From the human T2T-CHM13v2.0 reference genome, Homo sapiens, in assembly GCF_009914755.1 (NCBI RefSeq), contig NC_060933.1: DNA of 64,000 bases; one strand, 5' to 3'. Below the pieces are notes generated by a model. The model was not told the origin of the DNA. It ran no database searches and saw nothing but the letters and a program-made list of their open reading frames with translations. Both the position numbers and the translations under genes were made by a program. This document shows positions 12,354 through 25,440 of this stretch, piece after piece. Numbering within the stretch: position 1 is the stretch's first letter; each line of letters starts with the position of its first letter.

Positions 12354-15300
12354 AGGGAATTGAATAGAATCAATCCGAATGTAATGGAATGGAATGGAAT
12401 GAAATGGAATGGAATGGAATGGAATGGAATCAACCCGAGTGCAATGGAATGGATTCGAATGGAATGGAATGGAATGGATTCAAGAAGAATGGAATGGAAA
12501 GGAATGGAATCAACCCGAGTGTAATGGCATGGAATGGAATGGAATGGAATGGGATGGAATGGAATGTTACGGAATAGAATGGAATGGAATGAAATGGAAT
12601 GGAATGGAATGGAATGAAATGGAATGGAATGGAATGGAATGAACCCGTGTGCAATGGAATGGAATGGAATGGAATGGATTCAGCTCGAATGGAATCAACT
12701 CGATTGCAATGGAATGTAATGGAATGGAAAGGAATAGAATGGAATCAACCCGAGTGGAATGGAATGGAAAGGACTGGAATGGAGTGGAATGGAATGGAAT
12801 GGAATTAACCCGAATAGAATGGAATGGAATGGAATGGAACGGAATGTAATGGAATGGAATGGAATGGAATCAACCCGAGTGCAGGGGATTGGAATGGAAT
12901 GGAATGCAATGGAATGGAATCATCCGAAATGGAATGGAAAGGAATGGAATGGAATGGAATGGAATGGAATGGAATGGAATCAACTCGATTGCAATCGAAT
13001 GGAATGGAATGGAATTAACCCAAATAGAATGGAATGGAACGGAATGGAACGGAACGGAATGGAATGTAATGGAATGGAATGGAAGGGAAAGGAATGGAAT
13101 GGAATGGAATGGAATGGAATGGAATGGAATCAACGCGAGTGCAGGGGAATGGAATGGATTCAAATGGAATGGAATGGAATGGAATGCAATCAACCCAAGT
13201 GCAGGGGAATGTAATGGAACGGAATGCAATGGAATGGAATCATCCGGAATGGAATGGAATGGAATGGAATGGAATGGAATGCAATGGAATGGAATGGAGT
13301 GGAATGGAATGGAATGGAATGGAATGTAGTGGAATGGAATGGAATGGAATGGAACAACCCGAATTGAATGGAATGTAATGGAGAGTAAGGGAGTTGAATA
13401 GAATCAATCCGAATATAATGGCATGGAATGGAACGGAATGGAATGGAATGGAATGGAATGGAATGGAATGCAATGGAATGGAATCAACCCGAGTAGAATG
13501 GAATGGAAAGGAATGGAATGGAATGGAAATGAATGGAATGGAATCAACCCGAGTGCAATGGAATGGAGAGGAATGGAATGGAATGGAATGGAAAGTACCC
13601 GAATGGAATGGAATGTAATGGAGTGTAAGGGAATTGAATAGAATCAATCCGAATGTAATGGAATGGAATGGAACGGAATGGAATGGAATGGAATGGAATG
13701 GAATGCAATGGAATGGAATCAACCTGACTGCAATCGAATGGAATCGAATGGAATGGAATGCAATGGAATGGATTCAACTTAAATGGAATGGAAAGAATGG
13801 AATCAACACGAGTGGAATGGCATGGATTGGAATGGAATGGAATGGAATCAACACGAGTACAGGGGAATGGAATGGAATGGCATGCAATGGAATGGAATCA
13901 TCTGTAATGGAATGGAAAGGAATGGAATGGAATGGAATGGAATGGAATGGAATGGAATGGAATCAACTCGATTGCAATCGAATGGAATGGAATGGAATTA
14001 AACCGAATAGAACGGAATGGAATGGAATGGAACGGAACGGAATGGAATGGAATGGAATGGAAAGGAATGGAATGGAATGGAACGGAACGGGACGGAATGG
14101 AATGGAATGGAATGGAATGGAATGGAATGGAATGGAATCAACGCAAGTGCAGGGGAATGGAATGGAATGGAATGCAATGGAATGGAATCTTCCGGAATGG
14201 AATGGAATGGAATGGAATGGAATCAACTCGATTTCAATGGAATGGAATGGAATGGAATGGAATCAACTCGATTGCAATCGAATGGAATGGAATGTAATTA
14301 ACCCGAATAGAATGGAATGGAATGGAATGGAACGGAACGGAATGGAATGGAATGGAATGGAATGGAATGGAATGGAACGCAACGGAATGGAATGGAATGG
14401 AATGGAATGGAATGGAATGAAATGGAATGGAATTAACCCGAATACAATGGAATGGAATGGAATGGAACGGAATGGAGTGGAATGGAATGGAATCAACCCG
14501 AGTTCAGGGGAATGGAATGGAATGGAATGCAGTGGAATGGAATCTTCCGGAATGGAATGGAATGGAGTGAAATGCAATGGATTCAACTCGATTGCAATGG
14601 AATGGAATAGAATGGAATGGAATGGAATGGAATGGAACGGAATGGAATGGAATTAACCCGAATAGAATGGAATGGAACGGAATGGAACGGAATGGAATGG
14701 AATGGTATGGAATGGAATGGAATGGTACGGAATAGAATGGAATGGAACGAATTGTAATGGAATGGAATGGAATGGAATGGAATGGAATGGAATGGAATGG
14801 AATGGAATGGAATGCAATGCAATGGAATGGAATCAAACCGAGTACAATGGAATGGAATGGAATGGAATGGAATGGAATGGCTTCAAACCGAATGGAATGG
14901 AAAGGAATGGAATCAACACGAGTGGAATGGAATGGAATGGAATGGTACGGAATAGAATGGAATGGAACGAAATGGAATGGAATGGAATGGAATGGAATGG
15001 AATGGAATGGAAAGGAATCGTTCCGAGTGGAATAGGAGGGAATGTATTCGAGTGGAATGGAAAGGAATGGAATCAACCAGAGTGGAATGGAAGGGAATGG
15101 AATGGAATGGAAACTAATAGAATGGAATCAACCCGAGTGGAATGGAATGGAAATTAATGGAATGGAATGGAATGGAATCAACTCGATTGGAATGGAATGG
15201 AATGGAATGGAATGGAATGGAATGGAATGGAATGGAATCAAATTAACCCGAATACGATGGAATGGAGTGGAATGGAACGGAATGGAGTGGAATGGAATGG

Positions 15301-16630
15301 AATCAAACAGAGTGCAGGGGAATGGAATTGAATGGAATGCAATGGAATGGAATCATCCGGAATGGAATGGAATGGAATGGAATGCAAAGCAATGGAATCA
15401 AATCGATTGCAATGGAATGGAATGGAATGGAAAGGAATAGAATGGAATCAACCCGAGTGGAATGGAATGGAGAGGACTGGAATGGAGTGGAATGGAATGG
15501 ACTGGACTGGAATGGAATGGAATGGAATCAACTCGATTGGAATGGAATGGAATGGAACGGAATGGAATGGAATGGAATAGAATGGAATTAACCCGAATAG
15601 AAAGGAATGGAATGGAATGGAATGCAATGGAATGGAAACAACCCGACTGCAATCGAATGGAATCGAATGGAATGGAATGCAATGGAATGGATTCAACTTG
15701 AATGGAATGGAAAGAATGGAATCAACACGAGTGGAATGGCATGGATTAGAATGGAATGGAATGGAATCAACCCGAGTACAGGGGAATGGAATTGAATGGA
15801 ATACAATGGAATGGAATCATCTGTAATGGAATGGAAAGTAATGGAATGGAATGGAATGGAATGGAATGGAATGGAATGGAATTAACTCGATTGCAATCGA
15901 AAGGAATGGAATGGAATTAACCCGAATAGAATGGAACAGAATGGAATGGAACGGAACGGAACGGAATGGAATGGAATGGAATGGAATGGAATGGAACGGA
16001 ACGGAACGGAACGGAACGGAATGGAATGGAATGGAATGGAATGGAATGGAATCAACGCGAGTGCAGGGGAATGGATTGGAATGGAATACAATGGAATGGA
16101 ATCTTCCGGAATGGAATGGAATGGAATGGAAAGGAATGGAATGCAAGGCAATGGATTCAACTCGATTGCAATGGAATGGAATAGAATGGAATGGAATGGA
16201 ATGGAATGGAATTAACCCGAATAGAATGGAATGGAATGGAATGGAAAGGAATGGAAGGGAATGGAATGGAATGGAATGGAATGGAATGGTATGGAATGGA
16301 ATGGAATCGAATAGTACGGAATAGAATGGAATGGAACGAATTGGAAAGGAATGGAATGGGATGGAATCAACCCGAGTGCAATGGAATGGAGTGGAGAGTA
16401 AGGGAGTTGAATAGAATCAATCCGAATGTAATGGAATGTAATGGAACGGAATGGAATGGAATGCAATGGAATGGAATCAACCCGAGTACAATGGAATGGA
16501 ATGGAATGGAATGGAATGGTATGGAATGGAATGGAATTGAATGGAATGGAATGACTTCAAACCGAATGGAATGGAAAGGAATGGAATCAACACGAGTGGA
16601 ATGGAATGGAATGGAATGGAATGGAGTGTA
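12354..16630 (+). repeat. Short higher-order unit (4.28 kb; A+C)
   Basis: ORF pairs 11914/16191, 12200/16477, 12264/16541 and 12389/16666 all have offset 4277. Shares the derived GGAGTGGAGAGTAAGGGAG junction with the preceding unit. Confidence 0.85.
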
Positions 16631-19600
16631 AGGGAATTGAATAGAATCAATCCGAATGTAATGGAATGGAATGGAATGAAATGGAATGGAATGGAATGGA
16701 ATGGAATCAACCCGAGTGCAATGGAATGGATTCGAATGGAATGGAATGGAATGGATTCAAGAAGAATGGAATGGAAAGGAATGGAATCAACCCGAGTGTA
16801 ATGGCATGGAATGGAATGGAATGGAACGGGATGGAATGGAATGTTACGGAATAGAATGGAATGGAATGAAATGGAGTGGAATGGAATGGAATGAAATGGA
16901 ATGGAATGGAATGGAATGAACCCGTGTGCAATGGAATGGAATGGAATGGAATGGATTCAGCTCGAATGGAATCAACTCGATTGCAATGGAATGGAATGGA
17001 ATGGAAAGGAATAGAATGGAATCAACCCGAGTGGAATGGAATGGAAAGGACTGGAATGGAGTGGAATGGAATGGAATGGAATTAACCCGAATAGAATGGA
17101 ATGGAATGGAATGGAACGGAATGTAATGGAATGGAATGGAATGGAATCAACCCGAGTGCAGGGGATTGGAATGGAATGGAATGCAATGGAATGGAATCAT
17201 CCGAAATGGAATGGAAAGGAATGGAATGGAATGGAATGGAATGGAATGGAATGGAATGGAATGGAATCAACTCGACTGCAATCGAATGGAATGGAATGGA
17301 ATTAACCCAAATAGAATGGAATGGAACGGAATGGAACGGAACGGAATGGAATGTAATGGAATGGAATGGAACGGAAAGGAATGGAATGGAATGGAATGGA
17401 ATGGAATGGAATGGAATCAACGCGAGTGCAGGGGAACGGAATGGATTCAAATGGAATGGAATGGAATGGAATGCAATCAACCCAAGTGCAGGGGAATGTA
17501 ATGGAACGGAATGCAATGGAATGGAATCATCCGGAATGGAATGGAATGGAATGGAATGGAATGGAATGCAATGGAATGGAATGGAGTGGAATGGAATGGA
17601 ATGGAATGGAATGTAGTGGAATGGAATGGAATGGAATGGAACAACCCGAATTGAATGGAATGTAATGGAGAGTAAGGGAGTTGAATAGAATCAATCCGAA
17701 TATAATGGCATGGAATGGAACGGAATGGAATGGAATGGAATGGAATGGAATGGAATGCAATGGAATGGAATCAACCCGAGTAGAATGGAATGGAAAGGAA
17801 TGGAATGGAATGGAAATGAATGGAATGGAATCAACCCGAGTGCAATGGAATGGAGAGGAATGGAATGGAATGGAATGGAAAGTACCCGAATGGAATGGAA
17901 TGTAATGGAGTGTAAGGGAATTGAATAGAATCAATCCGAATGTAATGGAATGGAATGGAACGGAATGGAATGGAATGGAGTGGAATGGAATGGAATGGAA
18001 TGCAATGGAATGGAATCAACCTGACTGCAATCGAATGGAATCGAATGGAATGGAATGCAATGGAATGGATTCAACTTGAATGGAATGGAAAGAATGCAAT
18101 CAACACGAGTGGAATGGCATGGATTGGAATGGAATGGAATGGAATCAACACGAGTACAGGGGAATGGAATGGAATGGCATGCAATGGAATGGAATCATCT
18201 GTAATGGAATGGAAAGGAATGGAATGGAATGGAATGGAACGGAAATCCATGGAATGGAATCAACTCGATTGCAATCGAATGGAATGGAATGGAATTAAAC
18301 CGAATAGAACGGAATGGAATGGAATGGAACGGAACGGAATGGAATGGAATGGAATGGAAAGGAATGGAATGGAATGGAACGGAACGGGACGGAATGGAAT
18401 GGAATGGAATGGAATGGAATGGAATGGAATGGCTTCAAACCGAATGGAATGGAAAGGAATGGAATCAACACGAGTGGAATGGAATGGAGTGGAATGGAAT
18501 GGAATGGAATGGAGTGGAATCAACGCGAGTGCAGGGGAATGGAATGGATTGGAATGCAATGGAATGGAATCTTCCGGAATGGAATGGAATGGAATGGAAT
18601 GGAATGGAATGGAATGGAATCAACTCGATTTCAATGGAATGGAATGGAATGGAATGGAATCAACTCGATTGCAATCGAATGGAATGGAATGTAATTAACC
18701 CGAATAGAATGGAATGGAATGGAATGGAACGGAACGGAATGGAATGGAATGGAATGGAATGGAATGGAATGGAACGCAACGGAATGGAATGGAATGGAAT
18801 GGAATGGAATGGAATGGAATGGAATGAAATGGAATGGAATTAACCCGAATACAATGGAATGGAATGGAATGGAACGGAATGGAGTGGAATGGAATGGAAT
18901 CAACCCGAGTTCAGGGGAATGGAATGGAATGGAATGCAGTGGAATGGAATCTTCCGGAATGGAATGGAATGGAATGGAATGCAATGGATTCAACTCGATT
19001 GCAATGGAATGGAATAGAATGGAATGGAATGGAATGGAATGGAATGGAATGGAATTAACCCGAATAGAATGGAATGGAACGGAATGGAACGGAATGGAAT
19101 GGAATGGTATGGAATGCAATGGAATGGTACGGAATAGAATGGAATGGAACGAATTGTAATGGAATGGAATGGAATGGAATGGAATGGAATGGAATGGAAT
19201 GGAATGGAATGCAATGCAATGGAATGGAATCAAACCGAGTACAATGGAATGGAATGGAATGGAATGGAATGGAATGGAATGGAATGGCTTCAAACCGAAT
19301 GGAATGGAAAGGAATGGAATCAACACGAGTGGAATGGAATGGAATGGAATGGAATGGAATGGAATGGAATGGAAAGGAATCGTTCCGAGTGGAATAGGAG
19401 GGAATGTATTCGAGTGGAATGGAAAGGAATGGAATCAACCAGAGTGGAATGGAAGGGAAAGGAATGGAATGGAAACTAATAGAATGGAATCAACCCGAGT
19501 GGAATGGAATGGAAATTAATGGAATGGAATGGAATGGAATCAACTCGATTGGAATGGAATGGAATGGAATGGAATGGAATGGAATGGAATGGAATCAAAT

Positions 19601-22600
19601 TAACCCGAATACGATGGAATGGAGTGGAATGGAACGGAATGGAGTGGAATGGAATGGAATCAAACAGAGTGCAGGGGAATGGAATTGAATGGAATGCAAT
19701 GGAATGGAATCATCCGGAATGGAATGGAATGGAATGGAATGCAAAGCAATGGAATCAAATCGATTGCAATGGAATGGAATGGAATGGAAAGGAATAGAAT
19801 GGAATCAACCCGAGTGGAATGGAATGGAAAGGACTGGAATGGAGTGGAATGGAATGGACTGGACTGGAATGGAATGGAATGGAATCAACTCGATTGGAAT
19901 GGAATGGAATGGAATGGAATGGAATGGAATGGAATTAAACCGAATAGAATGGAATGGAATGGAATGGAATGGAATGGAACGGAATGGAGTCGAATGGAAT
20001 GGAATCAACCCGAGTTCAGGGGAATGGAATGGAATGGAATGCAATGGAATGGAATCATCCGGAATGGAATGGAATGGAATGGAATGCAAAGCAATGGAAT
20101 CAACTCGATTGCAATGGAATGGAATGGAATGGAAAGGAATAGAATGGAATCAACCCGAGTGGAATGGAAAGGAAAGGACTGGAATGGAGTGGAATGAAAT
20201 GGAATGGAATGGAATGGAATCAACTCGATTGGAATGGAATGGAATGGAATGGAATGGAATGGAATGGAATTAAACCGAATAGAATGGAATGGAATGGAAT
20301 GGAACTTAATGGAATGGAATGGAATGGAATGGAATGGAATGGAATGGAATGGAATGGAATCCACCCGACTGCAGCGGAATGGAATGGAATGGAATGCAAT
20401 GGAATGGAATCATCCGGAACGGAATGGAATGGAATGGAATGGAATCAACTCGATTGCAATGGAATGGAATGGAATGGAATGGAATGGAATTAACCCGAAT
20501 AGAATGGAATGGAATGGAATGGAAAGGAATGGAAGGGAAGGGAATGGAATGTAATCAACCCGAGTGCAGGGGAATGGAATGGAATGGAATGCAATGGAAT
20601 GGAATCATCCGGAATGGAATGGAATGGAATGGAATGCAATCAACCCGATGCAATGGAATGGAGTGGAATGGAATGGAATGGAATGGAAACATCCCGAATG
20701 GAATGGAATGTAACGGAGTGTAAGGGAATTGAATAGAATCAATCCGAATGTAATGGAAAGGAATGGAATGAAATGGAATGGAATGGAATGGAATGGAATC
20801 AACCCGAGTGCAATGGAATGGATTCGAATGGAATGGAATGGAATGGAATGGATTCAAGAAGAATGGAATAGAAAGGAATGGAATCAACCCGAGTGTAACG
20901 GCATGGAATGGAATGGAATGGAATGGGACGGAATGGAATGGTACGTAATAGAATGGAATGGAATGAAATGGAATGGAATGGAATGGAATGAAATGGAGTG
21001 GAATTGAATGGAATGAACCCGTGTGCAATGGAATGGAATGGAATGGAATGGAATGGAATGGATTCAACTCGAATGGAATCAACTCGATTGCAATGGAATG
21101 GAATGGAATGGAAAGGAATAGAATGGAATCAACCCGAGTGGAATGAAATGGAAAGGACTGGAATGGAGTGGAATGGAATGGAATGGAATTAACCCGAATA
21201 GAATGCAATGGAAAGGAATGGAACGGAATGTAATGGAATGGAATGGAATGGAATCAACCCGAGTGCAGGGGAATGGAATGGAATGGAATTCAATGGAATG
21301 GAATGGAAAGGAATCAACTCGATTTCAATGGAATGGAATGGAATAGAATGGAATGGAATTAACACGAATAGAAAGGAATGGAATGGAATGGAATGGAACA
21401 GAAAGGAATGGAATGGAATGGAATGGAATCAACCCAAGTGCAGGGGAATGGAATGGAATGGAATTCAGTGGAATAGAATCATCCGGAATGGAATGGAATG
21501 GAATGGAATGGAATGGAATAGAATGGAATGGAATGGAATCAACCCGAGTGCAATGGAATGGAGAGGAATGGAATGGAATAGAATGGAAACTACCCGAATG
21601 GAATGGAATGTAATGGAGTGTAAGGGAATTGAATAGAATCAATCCGAATGAAATGGAATGGAACGGAATGGAATGGACTGGAATGGAATGGAATGGAATC
21701 AATCCGAATGTAATGGAATGGAATGGAATGAAATGGAATGGAATGGAATGGAATCAACCCGAGTGCAATGGAATGGAGTGAAATGGAATGGAATGGAATG
21801 GAAACAACCAGAATGGATTGGAATATAATGGAGTGTAAGGGAATTGAATAGAATCAATCTGAATGTAATGAAATGGAATGGAACGGAATGGAATGGAATG
21901 GAATGCAATGGAATGGAATCAACCCGAGTGCTATCGAATGGAATCGAATGGAATGGAATGCAATGGAATGGATTCAACTTGAATGGAATGGAAAGAATGG
22001 AATCAACAGGAGTGGAATGGCATGGATTGGAATGGAATGGAATGGAATCAACCCGGGAACAGGGGAATGGAATGGAATGGAATGCAATGGAATGGAATCA
22101 TCCGTAATGGAATGGAAAGGAATGGAATGGAATGGAATGGAATGGAATGGAATGGAATGGAATCAACTCGATTGCAATCGAATGGAATGGAATGGAGTTA
22201 ACCCGAATAGAATGAAATGGAAAGGAATGGAACGGAACGGAATTGAATGGAATGGAATGGAATGGAATGGAATGGAATGGAACAGAACGGAATGGAATGG
22301 AATGGAATGGAATGGAATGGAATGGAATGGAATTAACGCGAGTGCAGGGGAATGGAATGGAATGGAATGCAATGGAATGGAATCTTCCGGAATGGAATGG
22401 AATGGAATGGAGTTGAATGGAATGGAATGGAATCAACCCGAGTACAGGGGAATGGAATGGAATGTAATGCAATGGAATGGAATCATCCGTAATGGAATGG
22501 AAAGGAATGGAATGCAATGGAATGGAATGGAATGGAATGGAAAGGAATGGAATGGAATCAACTCGATTGCAATCGAATGGAATGGAATGGAATTAACCCG

Positions 22601-25440
22601 AATAGAATGGAATGGAATGGAGTGGAACCGAACGGAACGGAACGGAATGGAATGCAATGGAATGGAACGGAAAGGATCGGAACAGAATGGAATGGAATGG
22701 AATGGAATGGAATGGAATCAACGCGAGTGCAGGGGAATGGATTGGAATGGAATGCAAAGGAATGGAATCTTCCGGAATGGAATGGAATGGAATGGAATGG
22801 AATGGAATGGAATGCAATGGATTCAACTCGATTGCAATGGAATGGAATGGAATGGAATGGAATGGAATGGAATGGAATTAACCCAAATAGAATGGAATGG
22901 AATGGAATGGAACGGAACGGAACGGAACGGAATGGAATGGAATGGAATGGAATGGAATGGAATGGAATTGTATGGAATGGAATGGAATGGTACGGAATTG
23001 GCATGGATTGGAATGCAATGGAATGGAATCAACCCGAGTACAGGGGAATGGAATGGAATGGAATGCAATGGAATGGAATCATCCGTAATGGAATGGAAAG
23101 GAATGGAATGGAATGGAATGGAATGGAATGGAATGGAATGGAATGGAATCAACACGATTGCAATGGAATGGAATGGAATGGAATTAACCCGAATAGAATG
23201 GAATGGAATGGAATGGAAAGGAACGGAATGGAATGGAATGGAATCAACCCGAGTGCAGGGGAATGGAATGGAATGGAATGCAATGGAATGGAATCATCCG
23301 GAATGGAATGGAATGGAATGGAATGCAAAGCAATGGAATCAACTCGATTGCAATGGAATGGAATGGAATGGAAAGGAATACATTGGAATCAACACGAGTG
23401 GAATGGAATGGAAAGGACTGGAATGGAGTGGAATGGAATGGAATGGAATGGAATGGAATCTACTCGATTGGAATGGAATGGAATGGAATGGAATGGAATG
23501 GAATTAACCCGAATAGAATGGAATGGAATGGAATGGAATGGAACGGAACGGAACGGAACGGAACGGAATGGAATGGAATGGAATGGAATGGAATGGAATG
23601 GAATCAACCCGACTGAAGGGGAATGGAATGGAATGGAATGCAATGGAATGGATTCAACTTGAATGGAATGGAAAGAATGGAATCAACACGAGTGGAATGG
23701 CATGGATTGGAATGGAATGGAATGGAACCAACCCGAGTACAGGGGAATGGAATGGAATGGAATGCAATGGAATGGAATCATCCGTAATGGAATGGAAAGG
23801 AATGGAATGGAATGGAATGGAATGGAATGGAATGGAATCAACTCGATTGCAGTCGAATGGAATGGAATGGAATTAACCTGAATAGAATGGAATGGAATGG
23901 AACGGAACGGAACGGAACGGAACGGAATGGAATGGAATGCAATGGAATGGAATGGAACGGAAAGGAATGGAATGGAATGGAATGGAATGGAATGGAATGG
24001 AATGGAATGGAATTCAATGGAATCAACGCGAGTGCAGGGGAATGGAATGGAATGGAATGCAATGGAATGGAATCTTCCGGAATGGAATGGAATGGAATGG
24101 AATGGAATGGAATGGAATAAACCCGAGTGCAATGGAATGGAGTGGAATGGAATGGAATGGAAGAACCCGAATGGAATGGAATGTAACGGAGAGTAAGGGA
24201 GTTGAATAGAATCAATCCGAATGTAATGGAATGGAATGGAACGGAATGGAATTGAATGGAATGGAATGGAATGCAATGGAATGGAATCAACCCGAGTGCA
24301 ATGGAATGGAGAGGAACGGAATGGAATGGAATGGAATGGAATGGTATGGAATGGAATGGTACGGAATAGAATGGAATGTAACGAATTGTAATGGAATGGA
24401 ATTGAATGGAATGGAATGGAATCAACGCGAGTGCAGGGGAATGTAATGGAAAGGAATGCAATGGAATGGAATCATCCGGAATGGAATGGAATGGAATGGA
24501 ATGGAATGGAATGGAATGGAATGGAATGGAATGGAATCAACCCGGGTGCAATGGAATGGAGTGGAATGGAATGGAATGGAATGGAACAACCCGAATGGAA
24601 TGGAATGCAATGGAGAGTAAGGGAGTTGAATAGAATCAATCCGAATGTAATGGAATGGAATGGAATGCAATCAACCCGAGTACAATGGAATGGAATGGAA
24701 TGGAATGGAATGGAATGGAATGGAATGGAATGCCTTCAAACCGAATGGAATGGAAACGAATGGAATCAACACGAGTGGAATGGAATGGAATGGAATGGAA
24801 TGGAATGATACGGAATAGAATGGAAAGGAACGAAATGGAATGGAATGGAATGGAATGGAATGGAATCGTTCCGAGTGGAATAGGAGGGAATGTATTCGAG
24901 TGGAATGGAAAGGAATGGAATCAACCAGAGTGGAATGGAAGGGAATGGAATGGAATGGAAACTAATAGAATGGAATCAACCCGAGTGGAATGGAATGGAA
25001 AGGACTGGAATGGAATGGAATGGAATGGAATGGAATGGAATTAACCCGAATACAATGGAATGGAATGGAAGGGAATGGAGTGGAATGGAATGGAATCAAC
25101 CCGAGTGCAGGGGAATGGAATGGAATGGAATGCAATGGAATGGAATCATCCGGAATGGAATGGAATGGAATGGAATGCAAAGCAATGGAATCAACTCGAT
25201 TGCAATGGAATGGAATGGAATGGAAAGGAATACATTGGAATCAACCCGAGTGGAATGGAATGGAAAGGACTGGAATGGAGTGGAATGGAATGGAATGGAA
25301 TGGAATGGAATCAACTCGATTGGAATGGAATGGAATGGAATGGAATGGAATGGAATGGAATTAACCCGAATAGAATGGAATGGAATGGAATGGAATGGAA
25401 CGGAACGGAACGGAACGGAATGGAATGGAATGGAATGGAA
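13325..25440 (+). repeat. Large tandem duplication, copy 1 (~12.1 kb)
   Basis: Private variants shared with copy 2: GGAGAGGACTGG 15469/27585, GGATTAGAAT 15743/27859, CCACCCGACT 20361/33212, CCCGGGAACAGG 22052/34458, GGATCGGAACAG 22674/35080. The 544-codon ORF is at 21873 and 34279. Left boundary is less certain than the right. Confidence 0.88.
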
